Assembly: GCA_965204725.1 (NCBI GenBank)
Contig: OZ242005.1
Span: 256,001-320,000, forward strand
Direction: 5' to 3'
Length of the DNA: 64,000 nucleotides
From: Candidatus Latescibacterota bacterium
Lineage (GTDB): Bacteria > Latescibacterota > UBA2968 > UBA8231
Shown: in pieces, positions 48,919 through 59,600 of the stretch
Layout of the letters: the number at the start of each line of letters is the position of its first letter
Numbering within the stretch: position 1 is the stretch's first letter
Program-made: the position numbers and the translations under genes
Notes under the pieces: model-generated
What the model was told of the DNA's origin: nothing
What the model saw: only the letters and a program-made list of their open reading frames with translations
The model's database searches: none

Positions 48919-49499
48919 TTCACGTCGCCGTGCTGGCCGGCGGGCAGAGCCGCCGCATGGGCCGCGACAAAGCCCTCCTGCCGCTAGGCGGCCAGACCCT
49001 AATTGAGCGCGTCCTCGCCGCGGCTCGTCCCCTCGCCTATCCCGGCCTCATCGTCGGCGATCCGGTCGCCTATGGCCATCTCGGATGGCCCGTCCATCCC
49101 GACTGCCACCCCGGGCGCGGGCCGCTGGGCGGTCTGTACACCGCGCTCCGCACAACCGCCGCGCCCGTGCTCCTCCTCGCCTGCGACCTGCCCTTCCTCA
49201 CCCCGGCCTTCCTCCGCTACCTCGTCAGTCGGCGCGGGCCGCAGCAAGCGGTCGTGCCCCACACGACCACCGGGCTACAGCCGCTCTGCGCGCTCTACGA
49301 GCCATCCTGCATGGCGGCCGTAGAAGCAGCCATGCAGGCCGATCAACTCGGCATGCGCCGCCTGCTGGACAATCTGAGTTTGGATTTGGTACGGGAAAGG
49401 GACTGGCGACCCTACGACGAGCGCGGCCTACTTTTTGCCAACCTCAACGCACCCGCAGAGTACCAGCGGGCGCAAGCCGCACTTCTAAGAAGCTGTTGA
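48915..49499 (+). CDS. mobA: Molybdenum cofactor guanylyltransferase
   Basis: 'LAGGQSRRMGRDKALL', 'GPLGGL', 'LACDLP', 'QPLCALY', 'NLNAP'. Confidence 0.9.
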   Translation: MIHVAVLAGGQSRRMGRDKALLPLGGQTLIERVLAAARPLAYPGLIVGDPVAYGHLGWPVHPDCHPGRGPLGGLYTALRTTAAPVLLLACDLPFLTPAFLRYLVSRRGPQQAVVPHTTTGLQPLCALYEPSCMAAVEAAMQADQLGMRRLLDNLSLDLVRERDWRPYDERGLLFANLNAPAEYQRAQAALLRSC

Positions 49500-49621
49500 G
49501 TAAAACGAAGCGTCGGTGTCGTCCGGCGATTTTACGGTGATTTCAGATGGTGCGGCGGTGCAATAGGTGCGCCGCAAAAGCGGCAGCGGCGAGTCGTAAG
49601 CGGGGACGCGGGTTGTGGGTA

Positions 49622-49858
49622 TTAAGGTAGTTTGCTGAGGAGGCCAAACAGCAGGCTGCCAATGGCGATCAGGGTTGTTAGCTGAATACCGACTAGCCAG
49701 CGGAATTGCTTCCGCATTTCAGAACGCACCTCGGCAAACCCGGCCGCCATAGTACGCTCCATCGAATCCAAGCGGTGGTCTAACTGCTCGGCAATGCCTT
49801 CTAATCGTCCAATGCGGCGGTCGTGGTCTTGCGCTTGAGTTAAGGGTTGTTCTGTCAT
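49622..49858 (-). CDS. Small coiled-coil protein with C-terminal TM anchor (DUF1640/Bdr-like), copy 1, 78 aa
   Basis: MTEQPLTQAQDHDRRIGRLEG...QFRWLVGIQLTTLIAIGSLLFGLLSKLP; near-identical paralog at 50878..51156. Confidence 0.7.
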   Translation of the reverse strand: MTEQPLTQAQDHDRRIGRLEGIAEQLDHRLDSMERTMAAGFAEVRSEMRKQFRWLVGIQLTTLIAIGSLLFGLLSKLP

Positions 49859-49935
49859 TTTGCGCTTCTTTCGGTTGGGTGCGCCGCCCCTGCCGATAGC
49901 GCGGGCAGCGGCGGAACGGAAATTTTGCACGCTTT

Positions 49936-50805
49936 CTAAAAACCGGCATCCACCACGCTCAACACTAACAATAGCGGCAGGTAGAGCACCGAAGCCTTGA
50001 GCAGTCGCCGCGCACTGGTCGCAGAACGCGAGAAGCTAAGCGCGAGCCCGGAGGCGAAAAACAGCATCCCCAACACCAACGCCCCGACTAGATAAAGCGG
50101 CCCAGTAAGGCCCATGAACGAAGGCAACACCGAAAAAATCAGCAGCAGCACCAAGTAGCCCACGACCTGCCAACAGGTGCTGTTCCCATCCGGCTCGACA
50201 ACGGGCAACATCTTAAAACCGCCGCGCCGATAGTCGTCGCGGAAAATCCAAGCAATGGCGTAGAAGTGCGGGTGCTGCCAAGCAAAGAGAATGAGAAACA
50301 GGACCACGGCCCCCGGATCAATCGCGTCGGTCGCCGCCGTCCAGCCCCCTACGGGCGGCAGGGCACCGGGCACGGCCCCCAGCGAGGTATTGAGCCAACT
50401 TTGCCGCTTGATCGGGGTGTACACCACCACGTAGAGAAATGCGGAGAGGAGCGCCAGAAACGCCGTCAACAACCCCGTGGTAAAAAGCAGGAAAAACACC
50501 CCGCTCAGCACGAGCACAAACCCCATCAGCAGAGCCGTCCCCGGCTTGACGCGCCCGGCCGGCAAGGGCCGATGGCGCGTACGCTCCATCAAACCATCGA
50601 CATCGCGCTCCAGATATTGGTTGAGCACCGACGAGCCGCACGTAGTCAAGCCCGTGCCGACGAGCAGGCAGCAAAAAAGCAGCGGCGCGTGGATTCCCTG
50701 CCCCCCTAAGAAAAAGCCCAAGGCGGCCGTAACCAGCACCAAAAAAGCAATTCTCGGTTTAGTCAGCGTCCAATAGTCGCGCCAAGTAGCGGTCGTGTTC
50801 GGCAT
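49936..50805 (-). CDS. cyoE: Protoheme IX farnesyltransferase (heme o synthase)
   Basis: 'LTKPRI', 'NQYLERDVDGLMERTRHRPLPAGR', 'YTPIKR', 'WQHPHFYAIAW..DDYRRGGFKMLPV'. Confidence 0.95.
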   Translation of the reverse strand: MPNTTATWRDYWTLTKPRIAFLVLVTAALGFFLGGQGIHAPLLFCCLLVGTGLTTCGSSVLNQYLERDVDGLMERTRHRPLPAGRVKPGTALLMGFVLVLSGVFFLLFTTGLLTAFLALLSAFLYVVVYTPIKRQSWLNTSLGAVPGALPPVGGWTAATDAIDPGAVVLFLILFAWQHPHFYAIAWIFRDDYRRGGFKMLPVVEPDGNSTCWQVVGYLVLLLIFSVLPSFMGLTGPLYLVGALVLGMLFFASGLALSFSRSATSARRLLKASVLYLPLLLVLSVVDAGF

Positions 50806-50877
50806 TTCATCCACTGCTATAAAATAAGGGAATCCCAAGCCAGTCGAGGAACCAGTCCGGGACGCGGGTTGTGGGCA

Positions 50878-51156
50878 TTAAGGTAGTTTGATGAGGATGC
50901 CTAACAGTAGGCTGCCAATGGCGATCAGGGTGGTGATCTGTATGCCCACAATCCAACGGAATTGTGCATCGAGGCGGCGATGGATGGTGGCAATCTCGTT
51001 CCGCACTTCGCCGCGCAACTCGGCAATCGCCCGTTCAAGGGCGTCGATACGCTTTTCAATGGAGTCCAAGCGGTGGTCTAACTGCTCGACAATGCCTTCT
51101 AGCCGTCCAATGCGGCGGTCATGATCTTGCGCTTGAGTTAGGGGTTGCTCTGTCAT
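50878..51156 (-). CDS. Small coiled-coil protein with C-terminal TM anchor (DUF1640/Bdr-like), copy 2, 92 aa
   Basis: MTEQPLTQAQDHDRRIGRLEG...QFRWIVGIQITTLIAIGSLLLGILIKLP; 14 aa longer than copy 1. Confidence 0.7.
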   Translation of the reverse strand: MTEQPLTQAQDHDRRIGRLEGIVEQLDHRLDSIEKRIDALERAIAELRGEVRNEIATIHRRLDAQFRWIVGIQITTLIAIGSLLLGILIKLP

Positions 51157-51224
51157 TTTGCGTTCTTTTCGGTTAGGTGTGCCATTTGACGAGGGCCACC
51201 CGCAGCCTAGCCGTGCAGACCTAA

Positions 51225-51317
51225 CTAAGTAAGCCCAACACGCACCGCCGAGCAAGCGGCGAAACGCTGGCTGAGCAGGTGGCTGAGCATCTCTTTTTTG
51301 AACACAATGCCGATCAT
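51225..51317 (-). pseudogene. Possible N-terminal remnant of an ABC-2-type permease gene
   Basis: RBS AGGAG plus MIGIVFKKEMLSHLLSQRFAACSAV.. then stop at codon 31; resembles the 'Mi..I.kKE....l.s.RF' permease start. Confidence 0.4.
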
Positions 51318-51596
51318 GGCGCGGCTCCTGTAGGTTCGAGGAGTGGATTACTGCCTTAATGACCGCATCTCCATATCGACGCATGGGCTATAAGGCTGGG
51401 TTATAGGGCCTTGAATACAAACAGAACCGGCGCGTCATGAGGTGCGAAAATTTCTACGAGTCGCCACATACTCTTCTTGGGGCTCCAGACGAGTCGGACG
51501 AACAACGGGAAGCGCACTGGCCCTTTTTCAAAGTCGGCGCACTCGTCCGGCCCTTCGGCGGTTGCGTTGGCCAATGCAGCGTTAAAACAGATTGGC

Positions 51597-51623
51597 CACA
51601 AAAGGCACAAAAGGCACAAAAGG
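51597..51623 (+). repeat. Tandem repeat (CACAAAAGG)x3
   Basis: Three exact 9-bp units directly upstream of the ligA -35 box. Confidence 0.85.
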
Positions 51624-51629
51624 GGCGGG

Positions 51630-53679
<2,050 letters not shown>

Positions 53680-53824
53680 GCAGCTATCTGAAAAATCCAC
53701 CTTGGGGCGTGTTGAACCAGCCATAGAGACGGTCTTCGTCATTCCCGCGCAAGCGGGAATCCAGCGGGGGGCCGGGGGCCTCCTGCACACAAGCGACAAC
53801 ACCCAACGTTTGCCGACAGCTTCT
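53680..53824. repeat. Possible MITE with internal dRS3/REP-like palindrome
   Basis: GTCATTCCCGCGCAAGCGGGAATCCAG at 53738-64 (ATTCCC-N8-GGGAAT); imperfect ends AGCAGCTATCTGAAAA / TTTGCCGACAGCTTCT. Confidence 0.55.
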
Positions 53825-54122
53825 AATTCCCTAGCTCCTGCTTAGCTTGCTCAAAAATCTCGCCGGCCCTTTCCAGCAGTTCCTCGCCCCACATCACGAC
53901 CTCGCTCTCCACCGCTTCAACCCGTTTCCACCAGTCTGGGTCGTCGCGATGAGTAAAGTACAGGCCGACCAGCAAGACCAGCGCACACACGACCGCGATT
54001 TTGAAAACCTTGCGCAGCAAGCTGCCTAGCAAGACCACCGCCGCGACCAACAACAAGAGGGCAATGAGCGGATGCGCCTCCGCATATTCGATGATCGCTT
54101 CTAGGGAAAAATCGTCCAGCAT
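53823..54122 (-). CDS. Small membrane protein (2 TM plus amphipathic helix)
   Basis: RBS AGGAG; hydrophobic 99-aa ORF at end of operon. Confidence 0.7.
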   Translation of the reverse strand: MLDDFSLEAIIEYAEAHPLIALLLLVAAVVLLGSLLRKVFKIAVVCALVLLVGLYFTHRDDPDWWKRVEAVESEVVMWGEELLERAGEIFEQAKQELGN

Positions 54123-54136
54123 AGCCAGCTCCTAAA

Positions 54137-55573
54137 TCAGGCCAACGACGCAAATTCCCATTCCTCCAACTCCACCATCTCCTCCACCGCCACCGGCATC
54201 CCCACGCCCAAACCCGCCACTTGCAGCGACCCCACCGCAATTTTTCCTCCCCGCACATCGAGGGCCACCAACCCGCTTTCTACCTCCCGATAGAGCGGCC
54301 CGTGCGCGGCCAAGCAGGTCGCCTGCTCGTCTGCGGTCAGGTGATCCAACCCGCGCACGTAGTGATGCCCGTTGCGTTCGACGTGCCCGATTCCCAGCGC
54401 GGCTACATGCGCCAAATCTTGATGCAGGGGCACCACCGGCAGGTTCATCAGGTCCTCGCCGGAGAGAAAACAACCCTTCCGCCGCCGCGCCAACGCCTGA
54501 TTCGCCAGTGCCTTGACCAGCCCTTTGCACGCCTTCGACGAAACGCCTTCGTACCCCAGCACCAAGGCTTGGCCAAAGGTGTCCAGCACGTCGTCCGACT
54601 CGTCGATGAGCAAGGGACGACGCGCAGCAGCGGCGCGGATGCCCGCTTCTAGGGCCGCATCCAAAGCCACGCTCCGCTCTAGGGGCTGCTCAACGTAGAG
54701 GACGCGCTCGTACAACCGCGGCTGTTCGGCTGCAAGGGCATCCATCAAGCCAATGAGCGAATCCATTTCCCGGTATTGCTCGTTGCCGTCGAGCGTGATC
54801 TGATACTCGGCATCGCGACCGTCCAACAACTCGGCAATCGCGGCCAACCGCGCCAAGTCGGTCGCCAAATCGCCGTTCACCTTGACCTTGAAGTACGTCA
54901 GCCCTTGGCGCTCAACGCAATCGGCCAGCGACTGGGGCAACCCGTCGTCCAGCCGCTCTTCGGGCGCAATATCGCTTGGGACAATCGGATCGGCCAAGCC
55001 CACCGTGTGCCGCACGTGCAGTTGCCTAAGCGGTGCCGCCCCGATCACTTGGCCGGGCTCCACCCCTTGCAGCTCGGGGTGAATCGTCCCTAGCTCCAAG
55101 CCGAGGAGATTGGCCTTGAGCAACTCGAAATAGCTCGCGCCCACCCCGCATCCCACCGCGTCGATCAGGGCGCGCTCCATGAGCGTACTGCCATGAACAG
55201 CCGTCAGCCTGTTCAGGCCGTGCGCGTCGCCCGCCGATACCGTCTGCGCGTGACCGGCTTGCCAGATGGCAAAGAATGGCTTGGCCGACCGCGCCGCATC
55301 CAAATACGCCGACCGCGCCGACCGCGCCGACCACAGCAAGTCGGCGACATTGTCTTCGTAGCTTTTGGCTGGGTCTTTGTCGAACCACTTAGGCGGGAGG
55401 ATGTCGGCCGCAACCCCTTGGACCGGCGGGCCGTTTTTTAGCACCCCCTGAGCCACCACGTGGAGAATCGGCACGGCGGTCAGCACGGCTGCGCCGTATT
55501 TGAAGGGCATGCGGGTACGCACATTCCGCATGTAGAACCGCACATCGTCAAGCCTTATTTCTACGGCACTCAT
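54137..55573 (-). CDS. Enolase-superfamily (mandelate racemase-like) protein, paralog 1
   Basis: 'YFKVKV', 'TLDGNEQY', 'YVEQP', 'LIDESD', 'SSKACKG', 'GEDL', 'HVERNGHHY'. Confidence 0.8.
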   Translation of the reverse strand: MSAVEIRLDDVRFYMRNVRTRMPFKYGAAVLTAVPILHVVAQGVLKNGPPVQGVAADILPPKWFDKDPAKSYEDNVADLLWSARSARSAYLDAARSAKPFFAIWQAGHAQTVSAGDAHGLNRLTAVHGSTLMERALIDAVGCGVGASYFELLKANLLGLELGTIHPELQGVEPGQVIGAAPLRQLHVRHTVGLADPIVPSDIAPEERLDDGLPQSLADCVERQGLTYFKVKVNGDLATDLARLAAIAELLDGRDAEYQITLDGNEQYREMDSLIGLMDALAAEQPRLYERVLYVEQPLERSVALDAALEAGIRAAAARRPLLIDESDDVLDTFGQALVLGYEGVSSKACKGLVKALANQALARRRKGCFLSGEDLMNLPVVPLHQDLAHVAALGIGHVERNGHHYVRGLDHLTADEQATCLAAHGPLYREVESGLVALDVRGGKIAVGSLQVAGLGVGMPVAVEEMVELEEWEFASLA

Positions 55574-56997
55574 GCCAATCGCGCCTCCGCCAGCGGCTGC
55601 ATAGCCGCAATATCGACCGCGCCATCTACCCCAAGGCCGGGCCGTTGCAGGGAGCCGACCGCAATTTGGCCGGCGCGAATGTCGAGAAAGCCGCTTTGGC
55701 CCTCAAAGCGGTACAGATCGCCGTGCCGCTCAAAGCACCACGCCCGCTCGGCAGCCGACAAGTGGTCCAGCCCCCGCACGTAGTGGTGCCCATTGCGCTC
55801 GACGTGCCTGATCCCCAGCGCGACCACGTGCGCCAAATCTTGGTGCAGCGACACCACCGGCACGGCGGTCAAATCTTCAGCCGAGACAAAACAGGGATGG
55901 CCTGCGACCGTGCGCTGCCAAGCGAGTGCGCTGTTGGCCAGCGCCTTGACCAGCCCTTTGCAAGACTTGGACGAGACGCCGCTGTACCCCAAGTTCAATG
56001 CGCAGCGGAAGGACTCCAAGTACCCGTCTGACTCGTCGATCAGCAGGGGGCGTTTCCTCGCCAAAAGCTCAATGTCTCTCGTAAACGCGGGATCGAGGGA
56101 AAGGGCGCGGTCCATGGGTTGCTCAACGTAGAGAATGCGATGGTAAAACTGTCCCAAGCCCTTTTCAATCCGCTGCAACAAGGTCATCAAATCGACCGCG
56201 TCGCTGTACTGTTCATTGCCGTCGAGCGTGATGTGGTACTTCGCGCCGCTTTCGTTCAAGAGCGCGGCGATCTCCGCTAAGCGCTCGAAATCGGCCATCG
56301 GATCGCCGCCGATCTTGATCTTGAAATAGCGCAGGCCATCGCGCTGAATACATTCCTCCAAGGACTGCGGCAACCCGTCGTTCAACCGCTCCTCGGGCGC
56401 AATCGCAGCCGTGCGGATGGGATCGACCAAGCCGACCGTATGGCGGACGTACAACGAGCGCACCGGTGCCGGCGGCAGCACGGTCGCCAGTTCCACCCCC
56501 TCTAACTCCAGGTAAATCCTCCCCAGATCCAACCCGAGGACATTGTCCTGCAACAGCGCGAAGTAAGGCTGCCCCAGCGCGACCCCCAAGCCGTCGATGA
56601 GCGCCCGCTCCATCAGGGCCGCGCCGTTGGACGCCAGCAAGGCATTCGTGCCCCGCGCCCGGCCCCACGCCCGACTGGCCTCGTAGCCCTCCTCCCATAT
56701 TGCGAATGGAGTCGCGCCAACGCGACCTGCCTGCTGATAAGCGGCCGCGGCCGCACGCGCTCCATCCACCAAGTCGCGGATGCCCTCGGCCATCGCCTTG
56801 CTCGGGTCTTTGTCGAACCATCTAGGCGACAGCATGTCGGCAGCCCAGCCCCGCGCCCGGCGACCATTGCCCAGCTCTAGGTCCATGGCCACGTGCAGCG
56901 CGGTCAGGCTATCGGCGACCACGTTGCCGAACTTAAACGGCATCCGCATCCGCATCGCCCGCACGTAAAACTCAATGTCCTTAATTGCCACTAGCAT
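55570..56997 (-). CDS. Enolase-superfamily (mandelate racemase-like) protein, paralog 2
   Basis: Start MLVAIKDIEFY overlapping argH stop; same motifs as 54137..55573. Confidence 0.8.
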   Translation of the reverse strand: MLVAIKDIEFYVRAMRMRMPFKFGNVVADSLTALHVAMDLELGNGRRARGWAADMLSPRWFDKDPSKAMAEGIRDLVDGARAAAAAYQQAGRVGATPFAIWEEGYEASRAWGRARGTNALLASNGAALMERALIDGLGVALGQPYFALLQDNVLGLDLGRIYLELEGVELATVLPPAPVRSLYVRHTVGLVDPIRTAAIAPEERLNDGLPQSLEECIQRDGLRYFKIKIGGDPMADFERLAEIAALLNESGAKYHITLDGNEQYSDAVDLMTLLQRIEKGLGQFYHRILYVEQPMDRALSLDPAFTRDIELLARKRPLLIDESDGYLESFRCALNLGYSGVSSKSCKGLVKALANSALAWQRTVAGHPCFVSAEDLTAVPVVSLHQDLAHVVALGIRHVERNGHHYVRGLDHLSAAERAWCFERHGDLYRFEGQSGFLDIRAGQIAVGSLQRPGLGVDGAVDIAAMQPLAEARLA

Positions 56998-58388
56998 TTG
57001 GCTTCGCGTGCGGCCCAGGCCCGCCGCGCCTTCTCCATCTGTTCGGCCACGGCCTGGGGGCCGGTGCCGCCCTCTATATTGCGGCGTTCCAGACTGTGCC
57101 GCACGTTGAGCAGGCCGAGGGCGTCCGCGCCAAAGTCCGCGCTGTGGGCGCGCAGATCTTCCAAGCGGAGGTCGGTCAGGGCTTGGCCTTGCGCTAGCGA
57201 GGCCCGCACCAAGCGGCCTACGACGCGATGCGCCTCGCGGAAAGGCATTCCTCGGCCCACCAAATAGTCGGCCAAATCGGTTGCCAAGGCCGTGGAATCC
57301 ACTGCGGACTCCATCCGCTCGACGCGCAATTCCATGCTCTCCCAAACCCCGGCGAACACCTCTAGGCAAATGGCCGACGTTTCCAGCGCGTCGAAGAGCG
57401 GCTCTTTGTCCTCTTGCAGGTCCTTGGCGTACGTCAACGGCACGGCCTTCATCGTCGTCAGCAACGCCATCAGGCTGCCGTACACCCGGCCGGTCTTGCC
57501 GCGCACCAATTCTAGCGCGTCGGGATTTTTCTTTTGCGGCATCATGCTAGATCCCGTAGCAAAGTGATCGTCGAGCTCGACAAAGCCAAACTCCACCGAC
57601 GACCAGAGGATCAAATCCTCGCAAAAGCGGCTCAAGTGCATCATGAGAATTGCCAGCGCGGATAGGGTCTCTAGCAAGAAATCGCGGTCGCTGATCGCGT
57701 CGAGGCTGTTGGGGGTCACCTGCGAAAACCCGAGTTCGCGGGCGAGGAACGCCCGGTCGAGCGGAAACGCGCTGCCGGCCAACGCCCCGGAGCCCAACGG
57801 CAGCACGTCGGCTCGCCGCCAAGCATCCTCCAGCCGCCCGAGATCGCGTTCCAACATCCAAAACAGGGACAGCGCGTAGTGGGAAAAGAGAATCGGTTGG
57901 GCCTGCTGGACATGCGTGTAGCCGGGCAGCACCACGCGGCTGTGCTGCTCGCCCGACGCCAACAACACGCCTTGCAGGTGGCGAATGTGCCCTTGGAGCG
58001 ACGCAATCGCGCCCCGCAGGTAAAGCCGCTCATCTAAGTTGACTTGGTCGTTGCGGCTGCGCCCGGTGTGCAGCTTGCCCCCGACCGGCCCGATGAGCTC
58101 GGTCAGCCGCTTCTCCACCGCCATGTGGATGTCTTCCAGCGCGTCGGGGAGCGTGCAGTCCGGGGCTGAAAACTCTTCCTGCACCTGCTTTAGGCCCGCT
58201 TCGGTTTGCTCCAGCTCCTCAGCGGTGAGGACGCCGGCTCGCTGCAAGGCGCGGGCGTAGGCCACGCTGCCGGCAACATCGGCCTCCAACAGCTTGCGGT
58301 CGAAGCCAATAGAGGCGTTGAAACGCTCCATTAGCTCGGCCGGCGCCCCCTGAAACCGCCCGCCCCAAGGCGTTTGCACCTCGGCCAT
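56991..58388 (-). CDS. argH: Argininosuccinate lyase
   Basis: 'WGGRF', 'HTGRSRNDQ', 'PGYTH', 'GSSMMPQKKNPD'. Confidence 0.97.
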   Translation of the reverse strand: MAEVQTPWGGRFQGAPAELMERFNASIGFDRKLLEADVAGSVAYARALQRAGVLTAEELEQTEAGLKQVQEEFSAPDCTLPDALEDIHMAVEKRLTELIGPVGGKLHTGRSRNDQVNLDERLYLRGAIASLQGHIRHLQGVLLASGEQHSRVVLPGYTHVQQAQPILFSHYALSLFWMLERDLGRLEDAWRRADVLPLGSGALAGSAFPLDRAFLARELGFSQVTPNSLDAISDRDFLLETLSALAILMMHLSRFCEDLILWSSVEFGFVELDDHFATGSSMMPQKKNPDALELVRGKTGRVYGSLMALLTTMKAVPLTYAKDLQEDKEPLFDALETSAICLEVFAGVWESMELRVERMESAVDSTALATDLADYLVGRGMPFREAHRVVGRLVRASLAQGQALTDLRLEDLRAHSADFGADALGLLNVRHSLERRNIEGGTGPQAVAEQMEKARRAWAAREAKC

Positions 58389-59584
58389 CAGACCCCTTGG
58401 CGCAAGATCTCGTCGAATACATCGACTGCTTCGTCGAGGCGATCGCGCTCGACGATCAAAGGCGGCAAAAAGCGCACCACATCGGCCCCGGCCGTGGCGA
58501 CCAAGATGTCGCGCTGGCGGAAGGCGGCCAGATAGTCGGCGGCTGGCTGGCTGGTGACCGCACCGGCGATCAGCCCTCTGCCGCGAATTTCGGTAATGTG
58601 CTCGGGCCAGCGTTGTTGCAGCTTTTGCAGGCGGCCGATTAGGTGCTCGCCTTTTTCGCGCACCCCGTCGATAAAACCCGGTTCGAGCAGCTTGCCCAAG
58701 ACGGTGGTCGCCGCGGCACAGGCCACGGGATTGGCGCCAAAGGTCGCGGCGTGGTCCCCGGCCTCGATGGCGTCGGCAACCTGCTGCCGCAAAAGCACTA
58801 CGCCAATTGGCAAGCCGCCGCCGAGGGCCTTGGCCAAGGTCATAATATCCGGCTCAACCTCGTATTGCTGATAGGCCCACAGCGAGCCTAAGCGCCCGCA
58901 GCCCACTTGGATCTCGTCGAAAACTAGCAGCATCTCCCGCTCGTCGCACAGACGCCGCAGCCCGGCGAGAAATTCCTGCGTTGCGGCGTGGATTCCGCCC
59001 TCGGCCTGCAACGGCTCGACCAAAATCGCGCAGGTCTGATCTGTTACCAGCGACTCCACAGAGGCCAAATCGTTGAATTGGGCGAAGGCAATGCCCGGCA
59101 GCAGCGGCTCGAATCCCCGGTGGTACTTAGGCTGGCCGGTCGTCGAGATGGAGCCATAGGTCCGTCCGTGAAAGGAGTTTTCAAAGGCGATGAGGCGGTT
59201 TTTGGGCGGGTCGTGGGTGGTGTTGCCCCACTTGCGGCAGAACTTGAGCGCAGCCTCCCAAGCCTCGGTGCCGCTGTTGCAGAAAAACACTCGGTCGGCA
59301 AACGAGTGCTCGACCAACTGCCGCGCCACTGTTACCGAAGGGATGGTGTGGTAGAGGTTGGACACGTGCATCAGCTTGGCGGCTTGGGTCTCAATGGCCT
59401 TGAGTACCTCGTAGTCGCCGTAGCCCAACGCATTGACCGCCAAGCCGCTGACAAAATCGAGATAGCGGTTGCCGTCCATGTCGAAGAGATAGACCCCATT
59501 GCCCCGCTCTAGTACGAACTCGGGCCGGCCGTAGGTCTGCAAAATGTATCGAGCTTCGTCCTTGATGATGTCTTGGGTTTTCAT
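58388..59584 (-). CDS. argD: Acetylornithine aminotransferase
   Basis: 'FFCNSGTEA', 'SFHGRT', 'EPLQAEGG', 'FDEIQVG', 'TLAKALGGG'. Confidence 0.92.
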   Translation of the reverse strand: MKTQDIIKDEARYILQTYGRPEFVLERGNGVYLFDMDGNRYLDFVSGLAVNALGYGDYEVLKAIETQAAKLMHVSNLYHTIPSVTVARQLVEHSFADRVFFCNSGTEAWEAALKFCRKWGNTTHDPPKNRLIAFENSFHGRTYGSISTTGQPKYHRGFEPLLPGIAFAQFNDLASVESLVTDQTCAILVEPLQAEGGIHAATQEFLAGLRRLCDEREMLLVFDEIQVGCGRLGSLWAYQQYEVEPDIMTLAKALGGGLPIGVVLLRQQVADAIEAGDHAATFGANPVACAAATTVLGKLLEPGFIDGVREKGEHLIGRLQKLQQRWPEHITEIRGRGLIAGAVTSQPAADYLAAFRQRDILVATAGADVVRFLPPLIVERDRLDEAVDVFDEILRQGV

Positions 59585-59600
59585 GGTTTCCTCCGTCGTC

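Larger units (their letters stand above)
49603..51183. repeat. Direct repeat units (~49603-49881 and ~50859-51183) carrying the coiled-coil mini-gene, flanking cyoE
   Basis: Shared GGGACGCGGGTTGTGGG(T/C)ATTAAGGTAGTTTG on one side and TGTCATTTTGCG..TTTCGGTT(G/A)GGTG on the other. Confidence 0.85.

Noticed and set aside
56998-57369. N-terminal extension of the 599-aa ORF overlapping argH
   Set aside because: Alignment with its paralog places the true start at 56997; the extension is an out-of-frame read of argH.
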